Below, one piece after another: positions 1 through 12,445 of a stretch of DNA of 64,000 nt (its first letter is position 1; each line of letters starts with the position of its first letter). Location: the NCBI RefSeq assembly GCF_000497125.1, contig NC_090598.1:434001-498000 (forward strand). Direction: 5' to 3'. Origin of the DNA: Spironucleus salmonicida. Lineage: Eukaryota. The position numbers were made by a program, and so were the translations under genes. Under the pieces are notes generated by a model. That model did not search any database, had not been told where the DNA came from, and saw only the letters and a program-made list of their open reading frames with translations.

Positions 1-2
1 AA

Positions 3-236
3 ATGGACCTGATTGTACTTATTAGATAATGTAATAAGGTTAAAATATAAATAAGCCCACTTTAAAAAGCACATACGTATGACTCCTTAAGTTTAGTGGA
101 TCTAAAGTATTATGATTTGGGTTTTGTATTATAAAACCACCTGCAGATGGATATATAAGTATTGGATGGAAAGCAATCTATGGAAGATTTGAAGGCGCTG
201 ATAATAAGTAAATATCCTAATATTTAAATACAGTGA
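3..236 (+). CDS. Hypothetical protein, probably the 3' end of a gene starting before the window
   Basis: Code-6 frame is open from the window edge to CAG-TGA at 234-236; no recognisable motif. Confidence 0.5.
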
Positions 237-244
237 GAGAAAGA

Positions 245-1096
245 TCACTAACCTCCGAACATACCACCAAATGGGTTTGCACCTCCAGCGCCTCCCATAC
301 CGCCAAACATATCACCAAGACCTGGTGCAAGCTTGGCCATAATTTTTTAGAAGTATGGAGCAAGCTCTGGATCAGAAAGTGCACTCATAGCAGCCATAGG
401 ATTAGTTTTTACTTATTCCGCCAATTGTTAAACCTTAGGGTTCTTCATCATTTCTGCAAATTCAGGATCATTTTATATGTCACCTAACCCTGGTATTTTA
501 TCTTTCAATTCGCCTAAATCAGGTATTTATGGGGGAGCATCCAGCTTTGTACGCTCTACACCTTATTAATAAGAAGAATTATTAGAATCTTGAGCTAGCA
601 GCTTTTTCCATTCTTAGTTTGCCTGCTCTTTGAGATTATCCTCTTCTAAATAAGTAGCTAGGCGAACATTACCTTTAGTATAAGAAGGGTTAAGTACTAA
701 AGCTTCTCTTAAATCTTTGACAGCATTTGAAAGGTCGCTCATATCATGTCTTGCCATAGCACGGTTCGCCAGGTATATAGAACGAGCCTCAGTTGGTTCG
801 CCAAACCTAATAGATCTATCTATAGCCTTGGTATAGAAAATTTATGCATCTTCAAAATTTTTAGCTTTCATTGCTTCATTTCCCTTGTTTTTGAGAGATT
901 CTGATGTCTCACCAGAGTTATTTTCTCTCTAAGAGACTATAGTAAGAAGTTCTGGAGATGATATGTTGTCTTAAACTTTAAAAGTGTCCTTCAAACACGA
1001 TATAGCTACATCCAATTAATCTATATCAGCAACAGAATTGGTAGTCTTAAGATGATTAAGATATTAAATAATCATAGTGTTTAATTCTGTCTGCAT
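245..1096 (-). CDS. SGTA: SGTA/Sgt2-like small glutamine-rich TPR co-chaperone (283 aa)
   Basis: N-terminus MQTELNTMIIQYLNHL...DQLDVAISCLKDTF resembles the SGTA dimerisation domain; TPR motifs (SLKNKGNEAMKAKNFEDA..FYTKAI, YLANRAMA, PSYTKG); Gly/Met/Pro-rich C-terminus; ends TAG-TGA. Confidence 0.85.
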
Positions 1097-1173
1097 TTGG
1101 TAGTGAAATGGTAATTGATTTAGAGATTATGTTATTAAACATTTATATACTTTATATTGTTAACTGAAAATTT

Positions 1174-2505
1174 ATGGAATATATTTTATAATAAGCAGGA
1201 TATGATACCGAAAGCCTAAAAGAAGCCGCAAATTATATTAATGATAACAACTTAACTTAGTTATATTAAGATATTATAGATAAAACTTAAATACTTACAA
1301 AATAAGAATAAGATATGTTATAATTATTACCTAACGATATTTATCAACTTTCAGAAAGTTAGTTAGATGCTAAAAATATTTAATTAAACGAAGCTTTATC
1401 CCAGCATGCTCATTCAGACCAACTTTTAAGCCAACTTAAAACATTGTAAAATTTATCAACAGAAATCCAAATTTAAGTCCCTCTTCTTAAAGAAATTGAT
1501 ACATTAAATAGTTAGAGATACTATTAGTAATAATATGATAAATTAGATGTCAATATTAACAATATAAGTTAGATAACAACAGATATATTACAAAATTTAT
1601 CATCTTCTTAAAACTTCACTGCTTTGTAGCCCAATCTTATAAACTCAATTAAACTTTAGACTGACATAGCAGAAAATGTTATAAAATCATCAGAAAATGT
1701 TGATAACTTAAAAACTGTTTAAAAACAATAATAGTCAATTGAGGATGAGGTTCAACGTATTATTGATAGAATATCTGCTCAAAACTTAAAACGAGTAGAA
1801 AATAATGTTTAAATATAAGTATATAGTGCTATCTCATAATAAGTATAAAGCAAATTTAAGACAGAGTCTGATTTAGAGGCTTTAATATGTGAAAATTAAG
1901 AGCTTTATGGTAAATTTTGTTATAATATGGAATCATTTAAGAAGTTAAACACAACTGTAACAGAAAGTATATTACTTAAAGTTAAATGCGAGGTCACATC
2001 TGACCAAGGAAAAATATTAAAATAAATTTAATAACATAGATAGCATATGCTTAAATTTATAAATAAATGTTAGTAAAATGTTTCTGTTGTTAGCGATGGG
2101 CTTATGTAAGAATATCAGTAAATTGAAGCTCTTAGAGATACTACCAAGTCACATAGTGAATAATTACGGTAAAGTTTTGAAACTTTATAAAATTTAGTGC
2201 AAAGAATTTTATATCTTCGATAAGCAATATCAGCTTCATAATAATCACCTTTGTTTTCTATGGGATTAGAATCTTATTTCGAAAACTTTGGATCCGGTGA
2301 AACACTTAACGCAATGCTAGACTATGTTGACTAATTTTGTGAAGATAAAGTGATTAAAAAAGAAGACATTAATATGAGCACTGCAGAATTACTGCATAAT
2401 TAAGCTAAATAGATAGAATAGTTCCGTAAAATTTCAGTGGAGAGTGGAGAGCTTTTTGAAGGGTTTCCTGAATTGGAGTCATTTGCACGCCTTATGAGAA
2501 AGTGA
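1174..2505 (+). CDS. Hypothetical coiled-coil protein (443 aa)
   Basis: Code-6 ORF from ATG 1174 to AAG-TGA; Q/E/L/K-rich helical composition. Confidence 0.75.
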
Positions 2506-2842
2506 TTGAGTATATTTATCTTGTATTATTTCTTACTTTACTAGTATAAAACTATATCTCCAAGAAAAAAGTATCATAATAATTTTTTATATCTTACTAA
2601 TGTAGAATTTTCATATAGATCCCTTCCATAACCCAGTTCAATTATTTTATAATATAAATTATTCAACTAAAATAATCTTGATTTATACTAATGTGTTTGA
2701 ATAAATTTATAATTTTTAAGCATATTCCAAATATAAAGCAAAGGATATATTTCTTTAACAATGGAGTTTAAAATAGTAATATTATCAACATAAAGTTGTA
2801 TATAATTAAAATTTTCAGGTGATTCAATACTCTCATTTTCAA

Positions 2843-3910
2843 TCACTTGGCATGTCTTTACAATAGAAACTAAACATAACCCTTGAATGCCATCTTGGAT
2901 TCTATATCTATAGGTGATTCTGATAAAAACTTTCCAAGGCTAAGATGATATGCTAATAAATTAAAAGTATCTTCCGATATTTATTAAATTAATGCTTATT
3001 TTCTGATCAGTACATCCTCATCTGTCCCTCTCAATTATATTTTTATCTTTTTAACATCTATTTTATCTATAAAGTTTTGAACTTATATAGCAGCCTCTTC
3101 AAAGCCAAATTTTTTATACTGCTTTGCCAAATATCCCAACTCATTATCAAATAGTCCCGATAGTAATATTTATCGTTCGCTAACCCTTTTTTTAGGATCT
3201 TTTTCAAGCATTTACATGCATACATCTTTTAATTCTTGTGAATAACATCCCTACATTTCGGGAACATCATTGTTCTTCTAGTTAATAACTAAGTCTTTGA
3301 CACATTTTCCAGTAAAAGGATAAGTTTTTTCCATGATAAAATAAATAAGCACCCCTAAACTCCAAATATCAGCTTTTATATTGTAACTTTTACCTTATGC
3401 AAGTTCTGGTGCAAAAAAATATGGGGTTCCACATTTAGTTAATGCAGCAGATTCAGAATGCAAAAGTGTCTTACTCACACCAAAATCGCATATTTAATAG
3501 CGTCCCTCACTAATTAATATATTTTACTATTTAATGTCTCTATGTATTACATGCTTAATATGCATATAGTCAATTGCTAGCAGGAGCTAAACAAGCAACT
3601 ACCTGACTTTTAGTTCTATAAATTCATTTTTCAACATATAATGCGCTAGATCTCCACCATCCGCATAGCTCATTTTTATATTAACAGTCTCAGGGGTTTG
3701 TTCACATCCAAAAAACTATACAATATTTGGGTGAGATAGTTTTTGCATTATTTCAATTTCAGACTTTATTCCTTTGATCTCCTAGGGCGTAATAATACTG
3801 GCTTTAATTTTCTTTAGTGCATAGAAACGCTTAGACTTATGCGACTAAATTAAATGGGTTATACCAAAAGCACCTGCTCCTAAAATACGTAGCTCGTCAT
3901 ATGTGGACAT
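2843..3910 (-). CDS. NEK-family Ser/Thr kinase (355 aa)
   Basis: LGAGAFG, YALKKI, HRDIKQQN, DFG, CGTPYFFAPE and KADIWSLG motifs, plus a C-terminal helical extension. Confidence 0.92.
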
Positions 3911-3920
3911 TTTAAAACTT

Positions 3921-3932
3921 TTTCAAGTTTTT
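3921..3932 (-). promoter_or_regulatory. 12-bp motif AAAAACTTGAAA upstream of the first NEK gene
   Basis: Identical copy at 5090-5101 upstream of the second NEK gene; 10 and 8 nt before the ATGs. Confidence 0.45.
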
Positions 3933-4040
3933 CAAATTACTATTTAATTATTAATATTATATAATATAAATATAATTTAATTAGTTTTGGTTTTGAACTG
4001 ATATTATATTATTATACCTTTATACCTATAAAGTAAATTT

Positions 4041-5081
4041 TCATTAAATACAAGCCAGGATGGCCTTTACATAAGCTCGGACCTCAGACTTTGCTTGAAT
4101 ACTCAAGCCAGCTCCACACTAGCTTAACACTTAGCCTTTACTTAAACCGATCAATATTTGATAAAAGCGCATTTCTCCTAATAAATCGATTAACCTGGTT
4201 TTAAGAACAACCAAATCATCATTTAAAACGACCTAAATATCACTACAAACAGATAAAATGTTCTAGATCTATCCCAAATATGCTTTTTATTTTTTAAACT
4301 TTTTACATAAGAATGCCAATGTTTCACGAAATTCAGCCATAGCTAGAATTTCCCGCGCCGTGCTCCTTTTAAACTGATCTACCTATAACATTTTTGATAA
4401 AATAGGGTAGAATCGACTAGTTTTTTCATTATCAGAAAATTTGAATTTTGCTATTTCTGACATCAATGTTTCCATACTTTTACCTGTGAACGGAAGTCTT
4501 TAGTAAACCATTCTGAAACCTACTATCCCACAACTCCAGATATCAGCTTTTTAGGTATAAACTTTTCCTGATGCTATTTCTGGAGAGTAGTAATATGGCG
4601 TGCCGCACTATGTACGAGCTAGCGCGTTTGTGTAATGGAGAAGCTTGGAAAGACCAAAGTCACAGATTTGTAGAGTTTTATCATCCAAAAGGAGGTTCTA
4701 TGGCTTTATATCTCTATGAATTACTTTGGATGTTATGTGTAGATAGTCTAAACCCAAGAGTAGTTGTGCAAGGTAGAAAGTGATTTCTTGATCAGAATAA
4801 ATTTTTTTTGAAGCAAAATCTCCATTCTGAGCATAGGACATTCGTATTTGAATATGATCATTGATAAGTTATGAATCATAAAATTTGACAATATGAGGAT
4901 GTTAAAGTTGCTTCATAATTTTAACTTCATTTTATATTTATGCTTAATTGTATTTCGACATAGCGCTAGCTCTGATTTTTTTAAGACAATACAATTTTTC
5001 AGTCTCAATAGATTATATAAGATGTGTAGTTCCGAAGGCGCCTGCACCGATGGTGCTTATAACACGATATCTTTAGGTCAT
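4041..5081 (-). CDS. NEK-family Ser/Thr kinase, tandem paralogue (346 aa)
   Basis: IGAGAFG, YCLKKI, HRDIKPQN, DFG, CGTPYYYSPE and KADIWSCG motifs. Confidence 0.92.
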
Positions 5082-5089
5082 TTCAATAG

Positions 5090-5101
5090 TTTCAAGTTTT
5101 T
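5090..5101 (-). promoter_or_regulatory. 12-bp motif AAAAACTTGAAA upstream of the second NEK gene
   Basis: Identical to 3921-3932. Confidence 0.45.
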
Positions 5102-5116
5102 GAAAATATAAAGTAT

Positions 5117-5452
5117 TCATTATAATATCTCAATATCATGTGTTAATTCTTCAACTATGGATAAAATATTTAAAATATGAATTAGCGTTTCAACATCAAT
5201 TTCAAAATTGTATATATCAGACTCAGAAGATGAAGACTCTAGGAGTAGGTTTATTTTTTATCTGCATATTGGACATTTATTCACATTAGATTAGATTAAT
5301 TCATTATAACAGTATTAGTGCATTAAATGTGAGCAATCAAGTTGCCAATAATCATCTACCTGTACATTTTCATAGCATAAAGGGCACACATTTTCTTATA
5401 TATAAGATTGAGTTTTCTACTTCTGGATATTATTTCCTAAACAATTTCCCAT
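5117..5452 (-). CDS. Small RING-H2 finger protein with an MGNC N-terminus (111 aa)
   Basis: CPLC...CSHLMHQYC...CPIC is a C3H2C3 RING; the protein starts MGNCLG. Confidence 0.88.
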
Positions 5453-5503
5453 TTAGATTTATGTTTACTTTACAATCACTTCATATATATAATAATTATA
5501 ACA

Positions 5504-6352
5504 TCATTCTCTAAGGTTTAAGATTCTACAACTATTTTTATACGTCTAGTTGATAACTTATTCGACAGAGATGTTTTTGATAGATGCTATAACTTCAGCA
5601 ACTAATAAGATTCCTCTAGGTTCATTCCTACCTTTGATTCCTAAATTTTATGTCCATTTTTCTGGCTTTTTAACATCTTGAAATTAAGTTTTTATATGTT
5701 TAAAACTAGCATGAGTAGCCCTTATATCACACCATGGACAGTCTGATTCTAAATGGAGCTTTTCAATAGGAACTTCAACTACATTTTTTAATAGTTCTTC
5801 CGTTCTTAAACTGCAACCATTAAAACCAATTTCATAACCCATACTTAATATTTGGTTCAATTCTTAGATAGAACCATCAAATGAGTGAAAAATACACTTG
5901 AATTTATAATCTTTAAGACAATCTAAAACATCCATAGTAGCACCTCTGTTGTGAATAAATAAGCATTTATCGATATCTTAGAAATATTCCAACTATTTTT
6001 TAAACTATTATATTTATCGTTCTTTAGAGGCATATGTTAATCTTTCATAATCTAATCCTATTTCTCCAATAAAAAGTAATTTTTGATCATTTTTATTCTA
6101 TTCATAAGCTTCAAATAGTGGTTGCAAGTCATCATTGGCATGAGTAGGATGCAAACCTATAGTATAATATAAATTTTCAAATTACTACACTAACTATTAT
6201 GCAAGTTTAATATCATTAAAATTTGTTACAGTAATTATAATTTTCTTACAAGATGAGCGCTAAATTACTTATTATATATCTGGTTAATGTTTTTATTTGC
6301 TATGGTAAATACCTTAAAACTAGGGATCAACGAGGTTAGCCCCAATATCCAT
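5504..6352 (-). CDS. TATDN1: TatD-family nuclease, TATDN1-like (282 aa)
   Basis: MDIGANLVDPQFQGIYHSKQKHQPD, TIGLHPTHA, IGEIGLDYERL, FIHNRG, FHSFDGS, GFNGCSLRT and RNEP motifs. Confidence 0.93.
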
Positions 6353-6396
6353 TCTTGATTTAATACTATAATTTATATAATAATATAAATTACAGA

Positions 6397-6963
6397 ATGG
6401 AAAAATATGCTGTATTTCTTCCTAAAACTAGTTAAAATATTTATGAGTTATTTTTATTCTTGCTAAGTTTAGTATTGTATTTATTTTATACTAGTATAGC
6501 ATTTACAAAGGATAAAGCCATATATTTTAATGCTACGATTGGCTTTATTATCAGTATGGAGCTCCTGTTTATCTAGAGCTAGATCAAATTTATATAATAA
6601 AAAATTAAAAATGATTTAATTTAAAACGTCAGCATTATTGTTTTCACTTTTTATGCGGTATCCGTTTGTTATTATTAACTATTTTAAAATGATAACGAAA
6701 AGTACATAAGCTTAGTTCAAATTGTTTTATCAACAGTAAATTTTAGAGTAAGTCCATATACATATACTAAATTATTATATTCAGGGTGGATCGAAACTGT
6801 AAATACTTTTATTATTCGTAGTTTTCCTTTAGTTCTAGTGTGTCTAGTATATATATAGTGTATTTTAGAGATAATAGTTGGTTCTAAATAATAAATAGCA
6901 CATTTTATAAAGAAGTATGATGTTGGTGATAGTGTTTTTATTAGATTTGAAAGACTAGAATGA
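6397..6963 (+). CDS. Hypothetical multi-pass membrane protein (188 aa)
   Basis: Code-6 ORF with about 4 hydrophobic segments; divergent from TatD across a 44-bp AT-rich spacer. Confidence 0.7.
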
Positions 6964-7224
6964 AGTATGTTTAATATAATAATATTTACTAGATTTTGTA
7001 CATTTTTAAGAGTAATCTTATTTCAAAACTAATACACTTTTATAAATCAACTTATGCTTGTATTAGCAGACCATTATAAATTAATATTTTTTCTAGAATT
7101 TACTAATAATAAGTAAATTCAGAGATATATGTTTTGTAATAAAACTTATTTATATAAGACTTATATCTTAATTTTTATAAGACTTAACTATAATTTGTAT
7201 ACATTTTTCCCGTTTCACTAAATC

Positions 7225-9219
7225 ATGTCAAACCTTTGCTTTGAAAAATATCCAATCGCTAATCTTAAACCTGCCTAAACTGTAATGAAGTTAACTGATA
7301 AGCAATAAAAATACGCATATTACCTCTCACTTGCTGCATACGCTGGCGCCCCAATTATCTTTAGCTAGGTAAACAATAATTCAAAAATATTGCTCTAATT
7401 TTTAACAGAACTTTGCAAAAAGTTCATTGAATCTGAAGATCTCTATAACCAATTATTAAACAACAAGCAAGTTGATCAGGATAACTTCAGAAATTTGTGT
7501 GAGTACACAGGCCAATTTTTCTATCAGTCCGGCAATTATTTGGGCTTCGGCGACACGAAATTCACGCTCAGAACACCGTTTGACGAGATGATTAAGCTAT
7601 TAGAGTTAATAGACAGGGACCTAATTTAGCTGTTTTAAGCCTGCCAAGAAGAAATTTATGCGACATCGCCAAACTTTATCGGATTTGGCGAGGGCGCCCA
7701 GACTTCGTATTTCCCGCCGTCTTTTACGAAAGAGGACGCCGAAGAGTTCAACAAAATTCTTACCAAAAACGCAATTTTGCCAGAGAATAACATTGTCGTC
7801 GAGGCGGACGGAAAGTACAAAATTATGCATTTCTGCGCCGAGGCGCGCGAAGTTGCGATTAGCGACGAATTTAAGGGTCGAAAAGTAGTGAAAAGCTACG
7901 GGCTTTTCAGCAGCGAATGCTCAAAAATCGCAGAGCATCTCGCCCAGGCAGTTAAGTTTGCAGACACTGAAAACCAGGCAGACATGCTGCAGGAGCTGAT
8001 CAAGTATTACCTGACTGGCGACATGGCGTTCCATCTGTCGTATAGCAAATTGTGGGTCTAGGACGCTAATCCAGCAGTCGAGACCTATTAGGGCTTCGTC
8101 GAGACTTACAGAGATCCTACCGGCGTTCGCGCTGAATACGAGGCTTTTGTGGCCTGCGTAGACCCCGACAGCAGCAAGCAGCTCGGCAGACTCCTGGAAC
8201 CCGTTAATTGCGACGAAATTTTGCGTGCAATTCCGATGCCCACGTTTTTGCATAGAAAGACCTTCAATCCGCCCACTTACAAGGCCATTGATATTATCGT
8301 TTTCCCGACTTCTGGGCTTCCAATCGGTATCAATATACCGAATTATGATGATATTAGGAACAATTTTGGTTTCAAAAATGTTTCACTGTAAAACGTCATG
8401 GCGTCTAGATCTGCTAAACCAGAGGATATTCAATATGTGCCAGATCACATTAAACCTCTTATTATCAAATATGGAGAGCAAATACTGAAGGCAGAAGTAG
8501 CAACTCACGAGCTTTTCGGTCATGGTTCAGGTTCGTTGATTATGGAAAACGATATCTCTTCAATACCAGCCTCAGAAAATATCACATCATTTTATAAATA
8601 AAACGAAACATTTGCTAGCGTATTTGGTGATTTATAGTCTACTTTCGAAGAATGTAGAGCTGAAATTTCTGCTTTTTATTTAAGCTTTGTTCCTTTAATT
8701 TAAGAAATTTTCGAATTCTAAAAAGAAAATCTTGATGAAATTTTACTTACTGCCACATATGAGGTTTTCTTGGCCGGTATTTCTTCATTAATACAACATA
8801 AAGATTCTTGGTTATAAGCTCATTCTTAGGCTAGATTTGCTATTATACGTTTTGTATTAGACAAAACCGATGCAATTAAAATTGAAGCATCCGATGATGA
8901 CATCATGCTCACTATTGATTCTAGCAGGTTAGACGAAATTAAAAATGCTTATGCAGAAATGACAAATTTATTAAATATTATGAAAGCTAGTGCTGATATA
9001 ACCTCTGCTAGAGCATTTTTTGATAAATTTTCTGCAGTTGACAATAAATGGATTGTCATTAAAAATATTGCTATAAAGAACAGGAAACCTAGAAAAGTTT
9101 TCGTCAGTGCTATGCTTAAGAACAATAAAATTTGCGACTATGAGGGTGCTTCAATGTATGGATTAGAATGTGGGCTTGTTAATGTTCAGAATATGATATC
9201 TGCTGGAGTAGCTAAGTGA
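7225..9219 (+). CDS. DPP3: Dipeptidyl peptidase III (peptidase M49; 664 aa)
   Basis: GNYLGFGDTKF, ETYQGFVETYRDPTGVRAEYEAFV, PIGINIPNYDDIR..FGFKNVSL, HELFGHGSG (HExxGH), EECRAE and AHSQARF; joins several ORF-track fragments in one frame. Confidence 0.96.
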
Positions 9220-10271
9220 TATTTACATATTTATATTGAATTTGGAATATCTCTTCCTTATTAATCAGATTAAAGATAAGAAATAAATAAATGGTTGAAC
9301 GAGACTCGTTTTAACATAAAAACGATATAGAACATTGTATTTTCTATTTCTTATGTAACTGGATCAATTTTTATATACATATTATAATATTCATTGCATT
9401 TATGATATAGAATCAATAAGAAATCTAATAAAATTAATTCTATAGCAAAATTTATCCATAGTTTGTCATTAGAAATAATAGAACTTTTATTGAAATTTAT
9501 GACAGATCATACTATAAGTTTTCGTTGATAGAAAAACTACTATTTTTATGAATAAATATTATATTTATTAAATAAGTATATAGAGAGATTGTGTTAAACA
9601 TAACGCATAGTATATTTATGAAATTGGTTTTAATTATTTACTGAATAAAAAGTATTTCATACAATAATACTACAGATTCAATTATCATAATCAATACTAC
9701 TAATAATGATAATTTAATTAAGCAAATAACATATTAGAAAATATATAAAATTTTATATATTTATATGATATTATGATGCTCTTTGATAGCATAACCCCAT
9801 GAATCTTACATTAATACGAATCTTAAAAAATAGTACTGGTAATAAAAATAGCTAATTTATTTATTGAAATTAAAGTTACAAATTTTATTATTAATATTTA
9901 AATTGTTTATATAGTGTTTGTGAAAGATCCTTTTATGTATTTTAATTAAACCTTACACTTAAAATTACTTATCAATCCATAGCAAAACATTGCGAAATAA
10001 ATTATTCATAAACGCGAATACTTATAAAAGAATAAATAGAATTCATTTACAAGTCACTTATATAGTTCACATTACTTATAATCTACTGTGATAATATAAC
10101 TTTACGCATAAACATACACAATTTAACTTATTTTACACAATTCCTATAAATTAAGTTTAAGAAGATTGCTTTTAGCAAATTATTATATTTTGCACATTAC
10201 AATTCTATACATACAACATATTTCAGTAAGTTGAATACGAATCTACTTAATTATGTTATATTATCTAAAAT

Positions 10272-11420
10272 TCACTCCATACCTAGTTTTTACTTATGAC
10301 GAGTGAGTTTACCTTCAATCCGTTATCTTTCAGCATCTAATTTTAATTAAATTTTCTTGTTTTCGGCCGCTAACTTGTCGTCTACAATACGCTATTTTTT
10401 ACGCGCTTCCTCATCAGCTGCTGCCTTCTTTTGATTTTCTCGGTCCTCACTTAGCTTTTTCTACGCTGCTAACTTCATTTCAAGCTCCTTTTGAGACTTT
10501 TTAAGTATATCTTACTTCATGTTGAAGCTCTACTGATTCTTCTGCTAAGTTTTGACATGTTTCTGCTCTATTTTTACGAGACGTGCAGTTTCTTTCTCTT
10601 CCAAATTCTTCTAATCCATCTGGTAAATTTTAATGTAGTCCTGTATCTTGTTCTACTGATCTAAAAGCTTGTAGTGGTTAAGTTTACTAGTTTGGAATGA
10701 AATTATAATCTACTATTTGGTGAATTTTGATATATCGTTCAGTAGGACCGAAATTTGGGATTAATTCATACTTTGTTGCGTAATACTTTATTAATTGAGT
10801 GCGGAGTGACTGGTAGAGGTATTGTGCTCATGTACAGAATTTTAAGAAATATCAGATAGAGAAATTGCTGATGGATGTGATACTAGTTATGATTTCTGCT
10901 GTTTGAAAATTTAAAGGTTTTAAAGGCTCGAATTAGAATCAGGTGATTTAATAAGTGCTAATGGCTGCTCTGAAATCTGTTAGTTAAGAGTATCTATTTG
11001 TAGCAAATTGGCATCATTTTACGACTTTAGTTTTTCGAGCATCAAGGTTAATTTTTAATTTTCGGATATTAATTTCGTATTAGCATCTTATATTTCTGAA
11101 AATTGAGTGTTAAGTGCTACATACTCTGCATCTGAGTATTTTTACGATGGATATTTGATATTTTAGGCTTTAAAGAATACATTGTCGGCGATTTTGTCAT
11201 TAATAATATCTTGCAGTAGGTTATCTATAGCTAACGTAAACTGTTAAGAAATTCCAGATTCTTTGCATTACATTAAAAGTTGGTTCAACTCTTAAACTAT
11301 TGAATCACTTTTGTTAAAACTAAATTGTTATAATTTCTCTTATATTTATACGCATATAGATTTTATTTAACAATAATTAGGTTCTTGAAACATTAAGTAG
11401 TCTGGAAACAGAAACGTCAT
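10272..11420 (-). CDS. Hypothetical coiled-coil protein, paralogue A (382 aa)
   Basis: Code-6 ORF MTFLFPDYLMFQEPNYCQIK... ending GAG-TGA; clearly homologous to 17728-18837. Confidence 0.82.
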
Positions 11421-12445
11421 TACAATTTTAAAAACTGTTATTTAATACATTATTTTATATAATATTATGAATTTATATCAATTTTGTAGTATATAAAATT
11501 CTATATAAAACTAGAATCTTGTATATAAAATTAAGTTTCTAAGTAGGTTTGCATAAATATTACTAATTTTATTATGGATAACTTAAAGATAACTCTTAAT
11601 ATTATTTTATAAATAGAAAATGAAAAACATTCCTCATTATTCATATAATATTTATTCAATTTTGCGACGAATATAAATTATTAAACAATAATTAGATCGA
11701 AACAGAACACAAAAATACAAACAAACATTATTTTTTTATAGTTTAGAATCATAATATAGTTAGAATTACCTGAAGTATTTGTAGTATAAAATCTATTATA
11801 ATTAAGTTTTTATAAATTAAAATGATACAAGATAATATACTGAAATCTAGAATAAATAACAAACTGCTTTTACTATGAAAATAAACTTTGTATTATTTAC
11901 TTTATTTATATTGTTCTTTAATGTAATTTTTAAATTTATTTATTATTATAGTTGACTTTTTAGATTATTATTCATCAGAAACTTTAAGATTATGACAAAT
12001 AAATAATAGGGATTTTCAAACACTATAAAATCAATACTTAATAAAAATTTGACAATATACATTATATTCATATCGCTTTTTACATAGTTTTGGGCTATTT
12101 ATATAATTTTCAAGCATAAATTAAAATATAGATTGAGGTTCTAAAAAATTGTGGTAATAGCATTACAATTTGTGAGTAATATATAGTATTTATATTTATA
12201 TAGAATATCATCAAAATTCTATAAATAATTAAGTAATTAATAATTTAGTGAATAATTTCGAAACTAGACACTAAAACTCTAACGACTCCAAATTACTCTA
12301 AGTCACACATTCTTACCATTTAGAAATTAGTAGTTGATTAGTTTGTGCATTTCATACCAGGTTATGGCGGGCATGAGAAACCTAGCTCTACAACAAGGTC
12401 GTAATACTAAGTTGAGGCCATAATATTTTTCCCACTTCCTTCAAA

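Noticed and set aside
2506-2842. Open minus-strand frame downstream of the first NEK gene
   Set aside because: No clear start or stop context and no recognisable product.
6965-6992. GTATGT...TTACTAG after the membrane-protein stop, resembling a diplomonad intron
   Set aside because: It lies outside the CDS, has no ACTAAC branch point, and such matches are expected in AT-rich DNA.
9291-9551. Short + ORF after DPP3
   Set aside because: Low-complexity AT-rich frame with no motif; its length is expected by chance under code 6.
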